Positions 1 through 9,006 of a stretch of DNA of 64,000 bases are shown here, in pieces. The DNA comes from Polyangiales bacterium (GTDB taxonomy: Bacteria; Myxococcota_A; Polyangia; Polyangiales; CBDCBC01): contig OZ243942.1 of NCBI GenBank assembly GCA_965214225.1, forward strand, positions 3,106,035 to 3,170,034, read 5' to 3'. A program made the position numbers and the translations under genes. Below the pieces are notes generated by a model, which was not told where the DNA came from, did no database searches, and saw only the letters and a list, made by a program, of their open reading frames with translations. Positions within the stretch are counted from its first letter, which is position 1, and every line of letters begins with the position of its first letter.

Positions 1-660
1 TGCGTCCCCCTCCTCGTCGATGTAGAAGGTGGGCGAGTTTCCGAGCTCTCCGCTCCCATTGGTCGAGTCACGCATGAGACCTTCCGGCGTCTCTCCCCCA
101 TACCGAAGAGCCTTGTTCCAGGAACTTCCCTCTTCACCATCCGCCCAACTCACGGTGGGTGTGACGTGCGTTGCCTTGGTGAAGATGCCGAAGCGCCGCT
201 CCTTATCGTAGTCCCATCCCGTACCTTCAGGCGCATCCTGGTGGAGCGCATCAACCGGCTCGATGTAGTAGCTGCACCGCGTGGGCCAACCGCGGCCCAC
301 CATCTTCTGGAGGTCAAGTGTCGCTTCCGCACCATCGCCAGTGGGTATAGCCGTCTTGGCTCGGACGAAGGTACTGCAAAGCTGCTCCCGCTCAGTCGAC
401 CGGAGCTCCTGACTACTATACGCAGCTCGCCCCTTCGCCTTGACCCTAAAGAGAAATTCGGTCAGCAGGGGTGAGTCCGGGCATGCAACTGGTCGTGCAG
501 CATCCTCGCGAAAGAGTACAGTTATCTTAGAGATGGGTCCGACACGGTTAGATTGCGTAGCCTCGGAAGCACCCTCCGCCGTTCCGCCCGCCAAGTCAGC
601 TGCCTCAGCGGCACATCCAGCGAAGAGTGTCGCAGCCACGAATAAAGTTGTTGCTCGCAT
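1..660 (-). CDS. putative lipoprotein, partial (3' end runs off the left edge of the window)
   Basis: Absent from the ORF track because it has no stop inside the window. A reverse-strand ATG at 660-658 opens a frame that stays open to base 1 (220 codons). The N-terminus MRATTLFVAATLFAGCAAEA looks like a signal peptide with a lipobox. No family recognised. Confidence 0.5.
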   Translation of the reverse strand, partial: MRATTLFVAATLFAGCAAEAADLAGGTAEGASEATQSNRVGPISKITVLFREDAARPVACPDSPLLTEFLFRVKAKGRAAYSSQELRSTEREQLCSTFVRAKTAIPTGDGAEATLDLQKMVGRGWPTRCSYYIEPVDALHQDAPEGTGWDYDKERRFGIFTKATHVTPTVSWADGEEGSSWNKALRYGGETPEGLMRDSTNGSGELGNSPTFYIDEEGDA

Positions 661-762
661 GCCAGTCCCTAACGTCGAAGAGTATCATAACTTGATGCAG
701 GAACCGAAGATGCACGCTCCGCCTGCACCTTCGGAAGCCTAACCGCGTACTGATGCACCGAT

Positions 763-798
763 GCAAATCAGGTGCCAAACGCAAATCAGGTGCCAAAC
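763..798. repeat. 18-bp direct tandem repeat x2 (GCAAATCAGGTGCCAAAC)
   Basis: Two identical adjacent copies read directly from the sequence, in the intergenic spacer. Confidence 0.8.
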
Positions 799-1020
799 CT
801 GAGACAGCCCAGCTGAGCCCAGAGATGAGGCGAGGTGAGCCAAGGGTCCATTCCTTTCGGGGGAGATGCTTCACAGAGCGTGGCCTATCCACCCGATTAG
901 CGCCCCAAATCGCCCAAGGTGAAGGCAAGTGCAAAGTTGATGAAGCTCTGCGTATTCCGCACGCGCGTCGGCAGGCTTCGCTTGTTTCGCTACGAACCCC
1001 GGTATGGTATCCGGAGCGTG

Positions 1021-1227
1021 TAAACGTTCCCCCCCAAGCCTATGCGGTTTTCGAGGGTGTTTCAGCATCGAGCGCGCCCGCACGGCTAGGAGACGCGCAG
1101 TTGTGTGCGTAACGACGACGCCGGATGACGAAAGCCGATGCTGGAACATCCTCGGAATGGAGTTCTCGTCGTTTCACTCCTGCGATCCCAGTGGTTTTAT
1201 GCCTCCGAGGGGGGGCTGAACACTTAC
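1021..1227 (+). mobile_element. MITE-like non-autonomous element, copy A (about 207 bp)
   Basis: Near-identical to the reverse complement of 32174-32348 except for a 30-35 bp internal indel. Imperfect terminal inverted repeats: TAAACGTTCCCCCCC ... GGGGGGGCTGAACACTTAC. Flanked by the direct repeat CGGAGCGTG at 1012-1020 and 1228-1236. No ORF of its own. Confidence 0.7.
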
Positions 1228-1380
1228 CGGAGCGTGTCCGATCTGGCAGACCCTGCCTTCAGCGAGAGCAGAAGCCCGGGAGCACAATCGCGCGCTCCAT
1301 CAGCTTAAGGCGCACTTCTCAAAAATCTCTCAGCGGCACACTACATGTCGACGAGCTCAGCCGTAGTTCACGCCCGCTAG

Positions 1381-1968
1381 TCATCCTTCATTCCGGTCAG
1401 CGTTGCGCTTCTCAAGCGACTCCTCAAGCTGTTGACTTTGCTTCTGCAAGATCGTGGCTCCAGTGGAGGCGAGAATGCCGAGAATCAGGTATCCCGTGAA
1501 GGCTTGCATGGCTGCCATAGCCCGCCCCACGCCTTGCGGCTGAAAATCGCCATATCCAAGGGTGGTAAAGGTGACCACAGAATAGTAGAGAGCGTGGCCA
1601 AAGTTATGCGTGACCTCGCCGCCCTGCGTCGTATCAATGATTCCGTAGCGCGCGTAGATTGCGGCGAAGGCGAGCAGGAGCGCACTTAGGTTGAACAACG
1701 CCATGGGTAGCTCAATTGCGATCCGGAACTGGCTCGCCAGAATGCGCTTCACGCGCTTTATGAGCATACCGATGAATGCCACCACGAACGCGACGCCTAG
1801 AGCGCAGGTGGCAACCTGCCGCCAGATGCCGGAAGGAAGGAATCGGGTGAAGCCGACCCACACTCCGCCGAGTAGCAGGAAGAGAAAAGCTGCAAATACG
1901 ACAGACGCTGCCATCTCCCTCTTTGGAATGACTGCGGCGGCTCTCTGCGGACTAGGGTTCATGAACAC
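1381..1968 (-). CDS. potassium channel protein (two-TM/pore-loop type)
   Basis: 195-aa hydrophobic ORF carrying the K+ selectivity-filter signature TTLGYGD (VVTFTTLGYGDFQP), flanked by TM helices. Confidence 0.85.
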   Translation of the reverse strand: MFMNPSPQRAAAVIPKREMAASVVFAAFLFLLLGGVWVGFTRFLPSGIWRQVATCALGVAFVVAFIGMLIKRVKRILASQFRIAIELPMALFNLSALLLAFAAIYARYGIIDTTQGGEVTHNFGHALYYSVVTFTTLGYGDFQPQGVGRAMAAMQAFTGYLILGILASTGATILQKQSQQLEESLEKRNADRNEG

Positions 1969-2148
1969 GTCTTAGACACCGCTCTTGTCAGGGCAAGGTT
2001 TGGCCAACGGGTGTTAGCAGAAGAATGTGTTGAACTCGGCTCAGTCGATTCCACGGTCGATTCCACACGAAGCTTGATGAGCATGGGTGGTATCCGGTCA
2101 TTCCTTGGTGAGTCGCTTTTCGAGGAGGTTGTGCGACACAGCGCACAG

Positions 2149-2580
2149 CTAGCCGAACTGGTCCAGGCATAGCCGCAGCTTCGCAGCAACTTCCGCTGAC
2201 TGCGTGTCGTTATCATAACGCGTGCGCGGCCAAAAGAAGCCGCGTAGTCCGTCTTTCGGCCGCCGGGGCACCACGTGGATGTGCAGGTGTGGGACGCTCT
2301 GGCTCACCAAGTTGTTCATCGCCACGAAAGTGCCTTCCGCCTCGAGCGCGCTCACCATAGCGAGCGCCAAGCGCTGCGATGCGAGCATCAGCGGCTTCAT
2401 CAGCCTTGGGGGAAGCTCATGAAGGCTTTCGATGTGAAGCTTTGGGATGAGGAGGGTGTGTCCGTGAAAGAGAGGTCGCCGGTCGAGGAAGGCGAGCAAA
2501 TTTTCATCCTCGAACACGCGGTGTGCAGGAAGCTGCGCGGCAGCTATTTGGCAGAAGATGCAGGAGGTCATGCTGCGCAA
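2149..2580 (-). CDS. HIT (histidine triad) family hydrolase
   Basis: Has CIFCQI near the N-terminus and the histidine-triad motif HLHIHVVPR near the C-terminus. Size (143 aa) is typical. Confidence 0.9.
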   Translation of the reverse strand: MRSMTSCIFCQIAAAQLPAHRVFEDENLLAFLDRRPLFHGHTLLIPKLHIESLHELPPRLMKPLMLASQRLALAMVSALEAEGTFVAMNNLVSQSVPHLHIHVVPRRPKDGLRGFFWPRTRYDNDTQSAEVAAKLRLCLDQFG

Positions 2581-2794
2581 TCTAGCGCAGCTCGCTCATA
2601 AGTCCGCGGCAGCTGATGGGACTGCTTCTGCTGCATTAGCTGCCGGTCACGTAGGAACTCTACGCTCGTGGACTGGACCGCCGCAGACGGAGGAACCGCG
2701 GGGAAGATGCCAGCGCCACAACAGCTCATTCCCGAAGACTGGCAAAACGGGCAGGGGTGCCTACTAGTAGCGAGAGAGACAGCGGGAGTGGTGA

Positions 2795-3634
2795 ATGAGG
2801 TGCAAGCGTGAGGAGAGGCCGTGGAGCCGGTTGGCAAACGTGGCGTTTGCGTTATTGGTCGTACCATCAGGGATGCATGCTTGCTCTAAACGCGGGTCGC
2901 AGGTGAACCGCGCCCCTGTAGCTGCCGAGGCGCCGAGCGCGCCCTCCACCGCGCCGGGAGGTCGTTCCACAGCCCAGCGTGAAGATGCCGATGTGCTGCA
3001 CGCGCGGGCTCGAGCCGCATTGGTGGAGGAGCTTCGCCAGCAGGGGATAAAAGACGAGCGGGTGCTTGAGGCGGTTCACTATGTGGCGCGGCATCAGCTG
3101 GTTCCCGAGGGACACAGAGCGCGCGCATATGCGAATGAGGCGCTTCCGATCGGTTATGGTCAGACCATCAGCCAGCCATACATCGTCGCGTTGATGTCGC
3201 AGCTTGCCAGCGTGGGCCCTGGAGAGAAGGTGTTGGAGATCGGCACGGGGTCAGGCTATCAGGCTGCTGTTCTGGCAGAGCTAGGTGCGGAGGTGTTCTC
3301 TGTTGAAGTCGTCGAAGAGCTCGCCGATGCGGCTATGCGAAACATCGGAAAGCTGGGGTATCAAGACAAGGTTCATGTGAAAGTGGGTGACGGCTACGAG
3401 GGGTGGCGCGCACACGCGCCATTTGATGCCATTTTGGTGACGGCGGCTCCACCTGCAGTTCCGATGTCGATCAAAGAACAACTCGCTGTAGGCGGCCGAT
3501 TGGTGGTGCCCGTGGGCAAGGAGCAGCAGGAGTTATTGCTAGTCACACGCGAGGACGGCGGCTTCAGCACCCAGCGGATGATTCCTGTGCGCTTCGTCCC
3601 AATGACTGGCGAGGTCGAGCGACGCGACAGCTAA
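2795..3634 (+). CDS. pcm: protein-L-isoaspartate O-methyltransferase with an N-terminal signal/lipoprotein-like extension
   Basis: Contains GYGQTISQPYIVALM and the SAM-binding motif VLEIGTGSGYQAAVLA, with a VPVG...L C-terminal region typical of Pcm. The first ~60 aa (LLVVPSGMHACS) look like an export signal, so the start is uncertain. Confidence 0.9.
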   Translation: MRCKREERPWSRLANVAFALLVVPSGMHACSKRGSQVNRAPVAAEAPSAPSTAPGGRSTAQREDADVLHARARAALVEELRQQGIKDERVLEAVHYVARHQLVPEGHRARAYANEALPIGYGQTISQPYIVALMSQLASVGPGEKVLEIGTGSGYQAAVLAELGAEVFSVEVVEELADAAMRNIGKLGYQDKVHVKVGDGYEGWRAHAPFDAILVTAAPPAVPMSIKEQLAVGGRLVVPVGKEQQELLLVTREDGGFSTQRMIPVRFVPMTGEVERRDS

Positions 3635-3738
3635 CGGCGCCGTCCCACCCGGAGGCGGAGAGCTGACGCGAGGCTGAAAGCTCCGCAGGCGGTAGGCTTA
3701 CCTCTCGCCTCTGTAGCAACCATCGCTCTTATTACGAG

Positions 3739-4122
3739 CTATTTTTCCAAAACGGGAAGATCCTCGCGGGTGCAATAGCTCACAGGATCATCGGGATTGA
3801 CGAATATAAGAGGCTCGCAACGAAAGCCTGCTTTGCAGTCGCAGGTTGGACTCCCGAGCGTCCGGGGTGCGCCGCAGATGCAGCTGCAGAAGACGCGTTC
3901 CTGTATCTCATTTCGTGGCGTGCAGCTCTCGCCCGTGCAGTCAGCTGCTACGTCGCCCTCCACGCCGTACACGGCACATGGATTTAGACCGCAGTCGGGC
4001 GCTCGGGTCTCTAGGTAAGCCGACCTCGGATCAATCCCCCTTCCGGCACGCGCTGCGGCATACAGGGTTTTCCAACCAGCTCCTTCGCCGATCGCCCGCA
4101 GGCGTAGCCGTGCGGCTCGCAT
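3739..4122 (-). CDS. cysteine-rich hypothetical protein, possibly an N-terminally truncated paralogue of 7147-7818
   Basis: The C-terminal ~95 aa align residue for residue with the C-terminus of the 7147-7818 product (DPxSAY..R.P.CGLNPCAVYG...ERVFCSC.CG.P....C.CK.GFRCEPLIFV.PDDPVSYC). No signal peptide is visible. Confidence 0.45.
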   Translation of the reverse strand: MRAARLRLRAIGEGAGWKTLYAAARAGRGIDPRSAYLETRAPDCGLNPCAVYGVEGDVAADCTGESCTPRNEIQERVFCSCICGAPRTLGSPTCDCKAGFRCEPLIFVNPDDPVSYCTREDLPVLEK

Positions 4123-4314
4123 ACCTCTTGTGGAAGCTGGGTGGCCCGCTCAACTGGGTGGCCTGGCTACCAAAACTTCGACTTTCGGGATATTTAGCTC
4201 CTGCCGAGATTCCTCTGCTGCGCATGGCTTGGCAAATAAGCGGCCGACGCCTTCAGCTCCTTGGTCAAGTCGCCGATGATAGACGTGGGAGGCGCGATTC
4301 CTTCTGAACACGCT

Positions 4315-5610
4315 ATGGGCAAAGCACTTACATCGGCTAGAGCCATTGCTGTTGGAGGCGGCAAGGGCGGTGTGGGTAAAAGTATCATCGCCTCAAACTT
4401 GGCGATAGCGCTGGCGAAGCGCAACAAGCGCACGGTGCTCGTTGATGTTGACCTTGGCGCGCCAAACCTACACACCCTCCTTGGCATCGGAAACCCCGGT
4501 AAGACGCTTCAATCCTTCTTCGACAAAGAGGTCAAGCGCCTGGATGAAGTAGCGATTGAGACGCACGTCCCCGGCTTGCGCCTGATCGCCGGCGTGGGAG
4601 CCGTCCCCGGTGCAGCCAACATCATGCACAGCCGTAAGCTGAAGCTGCTGCGCCACATCCGGATGTTGAACGCGGACGCGGTTGTGATCGATTGCGGCGC
4701 TGGGGTCACCTACAACACGCTCGACTTCTTCCTGGCGGCTGATCATCGCCTGCTCGTCGCCACTCCCCAGCTCACTTCTCTGCAAAACACGTATTGCTTC
4801 CTCAAGGCTGCTGTTTATCGCAGCATCAAAACGCTTGCGGAAGACCGCGCAGAGGCTGACCTTTTCACAGAGGCATCTGACAAGTCGGAAACAGAGCACC
4901 TCAAAACACTGATCGAGCGTGTCAAGCCCGAGCGCCCCGCCTTCGCCGAGGCCATCGCCACAAGCCTCGCGTATTTTGGCTGCTCGCTCATCGGCAATCA
5001 AGCTCAGGACACACGGCAGCACAACGTGTTTCACGCCGTGACACGGATGATGCGCGAGTTTCTCGATGTAGAGGTGAATGTGCTCGAGGTGCTCTCACTG
5101 AGTCGGAAGGTGCACGATTCGGTCAACCTGCGTGAGCCACTTCTTTCTCTGGCGCCCGAGCATAAGGATGCCGCTGCACTCAATCGCATCGCTCGAGCTC
5201 TACTAGACGTGGATGTGGACGAGTTGCGAGATGCGCGCCAGCGCGCCTCCGAGAAGGAGGAGAGCGAAGAGGACGCGGCATCGAAGGAGGAGCGCCTACC
5301 GGAATCGCTGACGCCGTTCCTCCGAGGCGAGGAGCGCCACTCCGTCAACTGGAAAGCGCGCCTAAAGCACGAGGGAGCGGACTTCGAAGTCACAGTCACC
5401 GACATGTCGGCCAAGGGTGCTGGCCTCGAAGGTGCTAGTGCCCTGCCGCAGGATGCAAAGGTCACGCTGATCATCGCGCAGGACGGACAAGAGCAGGAGC
5501 TTCGTGGCGCCGTATGCTACGTCAAGGAGTCGGAGGGGCGGCTGGGCATTCAGTTTGCGGATGAAGAAAGCGAAGCGCACGCGCAGCAACTCCTCCAGAA
5601 GGGGACATGA
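4315..5610 (+). CDS. ParA/MinD-family P-loop ATPase fused to a C-terminal PilZ domain
   Basis: Deviant Walker A GGGKGGVGKS near the N-terminus. The C-terminal ~100 aa carry PilZ signatures (RGEERH ... DMSAKGAGL). The ORF is open from TTG 4261, and ATGs at 4276 and 4315 are alternative starts. Confidence 0.8.
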   Translation: MGKALTSARAIAVGGGKGGVGKSIIASNLAIALAKRNKRTVLVDVDLGAPNLHTLLGIGNPGKTLQSFFDKEVKRLDEVAIETHVPGLRLIAGVGAVPGAANIMHSRKLKLLRHIRMLNADAVVIDCGAGVTYNTLDFFLAADHRLLVATPQLTSLQNTYCFLKAAVYRSIKTLAEDRAEADLFTEASDKSETEHLKTLIERVKPERPAFAEAIATSLAYFGCSLIGNQAQDTRQHNVFHAVTRMMREFLDVEVNVLEVLSLSRKVHDSVNLREPLLSLAPEHKDAAALNRIARALLDVDVDELRDARQRASEKEESEEDAASKEERLPESLTPFLRGEERHSVNWKARLKHEGADFEVTVTDMSAKGAGLEGASALPQDAKVTLIIAQDGQEQELRGAVCYVKESEGRLGIQFADEESEAHAQQLLQKGT

Positions 5611-5663
5611 TCTACGTCTGTTCCTCACGCAAAATCATGTAGTTGCGAATGAAGTTGGGTCGC

Positions 5664-6362
5664 TTAGGTGACTACCGTGCCGTTGGGCCGCCTTTCACAC
5701 CGCTCGCGATCGACCAGGCGGGGGTCATGTGGAGGGCTGCTGCCGCAGCTAGCCCGATCTCTTAGCCAGCTGCGGTAACGCTCGGCTCGGCGTGAAGCAT
5801 CGGGTGCCAGCGAGGTGTACCAGCTGTGTGGCGTCCAGGTTTGACGGAAACGGTCGAGACTGTGGAGAGGTTCAGGTGCAGCAAGATGCATCCACGCAGT
5901 GCTCCACGGGTAGTGCTCAGGGTCTTCAACAAGGCCCGCCCGCACAGGATTCAGGTCCACGTAGGCGAGCACCGCAGCGAGCTGCGCTTCGCTGGTTGCG
6001 GGTTTGCACCCGAAGCGCTCCTCGAAGAGCTTGCCCGAGTTTCCCCGCCTCTTGTTCCTTCTCTGGGCGTAGCGCTGACACGTCAGCTTCAAACATAAGG
6101 ACAAGCTTGGCGCGTCGGCTGCCGTCAGCACCAGATGCGCATGGTTGGCTAGGAGAGCGAACCCGTGGAGCGACGCACGTGTGCGGTGCATGGCGTCACT
6201 GAGCAAGTCTAGGAAGGATGCGTAGTCATAGGCGTAAGAGAATAGCCGACGTCGGTTGTTCCCACGCAGCCAGACGTGATGAGGGGCGTTGCCAACGACT
6301 TGGTATGCGCGAGGTTTGCGGGCCACGATAAGAGGTCGTGCAATGCATGAAATCGTTGCCAA
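5664..6362 (-). CDS. Y1 (HUH) tyrosine transposase, REP-associated (RAYT)/IS200-like family
   Basis: HUH motif in LLANHAHLVLTA, RGNNRRRLF near the N-terminus, and a catalytic-Tyr region AYVDLNPVRAGLVEDPEHYPWS. Single gene with no TnpB partner. The track start is TTG. Confidence 0.8.
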   Translation of the reverse strand: MATISCIARPLIVARKPRAYQVVGNAPHHVWLRGNNRRRLFSYAYDYASFLDLLSDAMHRTRASLHGFALLANHAHLVLTAADAPSLSLCLKLTCQRYAQRRNKRRGNSGKLFEERFGCKPATSEAQLAAVLAYVDLNPVRAGLVEDPEHYPWSTAWMHLAAPEPLHSLDRFRQTWTPHSWYTSLAPDASRRAERYRSWLRDRASCGSSPPHDPRLVDRERCERRPNGTVVT

Positions 6363-6412
6363 CCCACCTCGATTTCCAAGTGGTTGTTTCGGCGTCGCTT
6401 TTAGATGTGGTA

Positions 6413-6450
6413 CGTGTCCCCGGTTTGGGCCCGTGTCCCCGGTTTGGGCC
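6413..6450. repeat. 19-bp direct tandem repeat x2 (CGTGTCCCCGGTTTGGGCC)
   Basis: Read directly from the sequence, immediately upstream of the transposase gene. Confidence 0.8.
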
Positions 6451-6597
6451 GCGAGCTAGCAACGCCTCCGGAAGTTGGTAACGTGCGGCCTGGTGGATTC
6501 CAACCTAGTCCCTTGAACCGCGTAACACTCGCCCCGCCACCCTCGATACACGCAGCCTAGTGGTTGATCTTTCCTGCAAGGTTGCTAACCTTGCGCG

Positions 6598-6924
6598 ATG
6601 AAAAAAGCATTTAGAGCAGGTCTGCTGATCATCGGCCTCCTAATCACGGCGTGCGGCGGAGACGACTCCAGCGAGGCGGCACAACGAGCATGTGAAGATT
6701 TTGTAGATGCATTCGTAGTACGGGCTGGTGAATGCGGAATAGCCGAACAGGAAGCCCGCTCGCAACTTCTGGCGCTTTTACGAGGAGCAGGCGGGTCGTG
6801 CGACGACGTGCAAAAAGTTGCCGATGAATCCGAGTTCTACGACAGCTGCTTGCCTGCAGTTAAGGTACATCCATGCGACGGCGGAGGTCTTCCAGCAGCA
6901 TGTTTGGATCAGCTGAGCTTTTAG
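6598..6924 (+). CDS. small cysteine-containing lipoprotein, function unknown
   Basis: MKKAFRAGLLIIGLLITACGGDD is a signal peptide plus lipobox. 108 aa with 7 Cys. Confidence 0.6.
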   Translation: MKKAFRAGLLIIGLLITACGGDDSSEAAQRACEDFVDAFVVRAGECGIAEQEARSQLLALLRGAGGSCDDVQKVADESEFYDSCLPAVKVHPCDGGGLPAACLDQLSF

Positions 6925-7146
6925 GGCTCTTGGCCCTTTAGGGTGGGTCGGGGGCGACGGAGATCCCCAGACGTGACATCCCGGAGGGATGAACGACACG
7001 TCATTATATGCTAGGGCTGAAATCCTCATGACATGTACGGGAAGTGGTGTAGGATATGACCACCCCCCAGGTTGATTGGTAGTCAACGCACCCAGGTTGA
7101 TTGTTGAGCATTCCTGAGCAAATCGGGCGGTGGAGTGACCCCCAGG

Positions 7147-7818
7147 TCATAACATCGGCAGGTCATCGCGGATGCAGTAACTCACCGGGTCGTCCGGATC
7201 GACGAAGATGAGAGGTTCGCAGCGGAAGCCGTTCTTGCAGGCACATAGCAGCGCTTCCGGGACGGTAGGGCTGCCGCAAACACAGCTGCAGAACACGCGT
7301 TCCTTGACAGCTTCCTCCGATGCACAGTCGCTTGTGCAGCTAGGTTGGGTGCTGCCGTCGAGACCATAGACGGCACATGGGTTGAGGCCGCAGCCGGGCG
7401 AGCGCGTGTCAAAGTAGGCAGACTGCGGGTCGAAACCACCTTCGGGCACGCGGACCGGTAGACACGCCGCCCCAACCAGCTCCTCAGCGGACTTTCCGCA
7501 TGCGTAGCCATAGGGCTCGCAAGTTTCTGGCGGAAGGTCGGCGATGCTACTTTCATCCGCCTTTGGAGAGCAGACGATGGCTTCTCTTTCCAGCTCAATC
7601 TGATGCTCGGTTCCTTCGGGGCATTCGAAGGGTTCCGGTAGTGTGGCAAGCAGTTCGGCGGAGTAGACGCAGTAGCGCGCGTTATCCACCTCAACGCCGG
7701 TGCCGGGACCGCAGTCCATGAAGTGTGCTTCGTCGCCGCTGCAGCCAATGCTCATTGCGGCCAGTGCACCGATGAGCCATCTGCGCGTCGCGATGGCGAA
7801 CGTTCTATTCCTGTTCAT
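7147..7818 (-). CDS. cysteine-rich lipoprotein (full-length paralogue of 3739-4122)
   Basis: The internal ATG at 7818 gives MNRNRTFAIATRRWLIGALAAMSIGCSG (signal peptide plus lipobox). The longer track ORF (to 8025) would overlap the upstream gene. The C-terminal domain is shared with 3739-4122. Confidence 0.7.
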   Translation of the reverse strand: MNRNRTFAIATRRWLIGALAAMSIGCSGDEAHFMDCGPGTGVEVDNARYCVYSAELLATLPEPFECPEGTEHQIELEREAIVCSPKADESSIADLPPETCEPYGYACGKSAEELVGAACLPVRVPEGGFDPQSAYFDTRSPGCGLNPCAVYGLDGSTQPSCTSDCASEEAVKERVFCSCVCGSPTVPEALLCACKNGFRCEPLIFVDPDDPVSYCIRDDLPML

Positions 7819-8890
7819 CGTCTTGCCTTTCTTGCGGGGGGACGTGCGCATCGCTGGCGCTTTGCTCGATGTATTGTCCGAGGTAGAACGTGACCCGCTC
7901 ACGCTGCTCCCTGGGATGCGTTTGGTTGTACGCATCGACTTCTTCTCTAAGCTTCGAGGCCATCTCCCGGAGGATCTCAAGTTGCGCCAGAACGGCTTCA
8001 CGCAGTGGATGATCGCCTCCCACATCGTAGGAGAACGTGCTTCCTCCTACGTGCGGGTTGGGCTCGCCGCGGTGGTGCTCTTCGGCTTTGGCGCAGAGGG
8101 TGTTGACGACGGCGCGGAAGTGGAATGCGACCGCCCCGGCCCACCCCTGGGCCTGATGAAGGGGCACACGAAAGGCCTCAGCTACGTATGCATCAGCGGC
8201 TGCCTTGGAACCCCTGGTCAGGTTTCCCTGCTCCTCTAGCTGCTTGGCGGCAGAGGCGAGCACCTGCAAGGGAACCGAGGGAAGAAGTTTCTGCAGTTCC
8301 TCCTGCGTCTTCGGGCCGTGCTCTCGCAAGAGCGCCCAGACCATGGCGGCCACCGCCGGAACGCTTTCCGCTTCACTTAGCGATGTATCGAGCGTGTCTT
8401 GGACGCGGTAGACGACCTGCTCGCCCTCGCCGCGGCGGTAGACCCACCCTTGCGCCACCAGGTCGTTGACCATGCCGACCACGAGCGAGGGATCTTCCTG
8501 GCGAAAGCGCTGCAGAAGTTTTTCTCTTGGCACGACCTGTTCGCGGATGAGGTAGGCCCACACCGTTTGCCAGAGCGACCGCTGCCGTACGCCCTGCGCT
8601 TCATCGGCGCGCTTGAGCTTCTCGTAGTAGGCGCGAATGCTCATGCCAAACATGTCGGCAATGACCTTATGCGCCAGACCCTGCTCACGAAGGGCCTTAG
8701 TGAGTTCGGCGAAGATCTGGTCGGCGACGTGCGTTAGCGGGGAGCGGTAGCCACCGGAAGTGGCGAGGCGCGCCACCATCACCATGCTTTGTCTGACCAG
8801 CGTGTCGACGAGTGAGAGGACAACCATGCCGATTACGCTAGCAGTTGTCGCTCGCCCCTGGCGAGTGCGGATTCCCGCACGTGCGATCAC
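7805..8890 (-). CDS. hypothetical protein with HTH / winged-helix-like segments (possible transcriptional regulator)
   Basis: 361-aa ORF with coding-like GC3. It has an HTH-like stretch (LAHKVIADMFGMSIRAYYEKLKR) and wHTH-like segments (LVAQGWVYRRGEG..VVYR). Its stop overlaps the start of the downstream lipoprotein gene by 14 nt. No family recognised and the start is uncertain. Confidence 0.5.
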   Translation of the reverse strand: MIARAGIRTRQGRATTASVIGMVVLSLVDTLVRQSMVMVARLATSGGYRSPLTHVADQIFAELTKALREQGLAHKVIADMFGMSIRAYYEKLKRADEAQGVRQRSLWQTVWAYLIREQVVPREKLLQRFRQEDPSLVVGMVNDLVAQGWVYRRGEGEQVVYRVQDTLDTSLSEAESVPAVAAMVWALLREHGPKTQEELQKLLPSVPLQVLASAAKQLEEQGNLTRGSKAAADAYVAEAFRVPLHQAQGWAGAVAFHFRAVVNTLCAKAEEHHRGEPNPHVGGSTFSYDVGGDHPLREAVLAQLEILREMASKLREEVDAYNQTHPREQRERVTFYLGQYIEQSASDAHVPPQERQDDEQE

Positions 8891-9006
8891 TTCGCTCCCA
8901 CGATGGCGATTCTGAACGGGCGGCGTTGGGGTGGCGCTGCCTCTGCAGGGTCGGAGGCGCCATCGTGGGTAGTTGTGTCGCCGGGACCGCCGAGAGCTCA
9001 GGCGCT

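Noticed and set aside
753-1112. ORFs 753-1112 (+) and 32256-32615 (-) share a conserved C-terminus, which suggested a small paralogous protein family.
   Set aside because: The shared part is exactly the terminal portion of the MITE, whose boundaries are defined by the 9-bp duplications. The upstream parts of the two ORFs are unrelated, and the second overlaps the RHH gene.
1021-1227. Whether the ~200-bp structured repeat is a known ncRNA (6S, SRP, tmRNA, group II intron domain, retron msr/msd).
   Set aside because: None of the conserved blocks of those RNAs is present, and no reverse transcriptase is adjacent. The two copies are flanked by different direct repeats, which fits a mobile element better. 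I cannot exclude that it is expressed.
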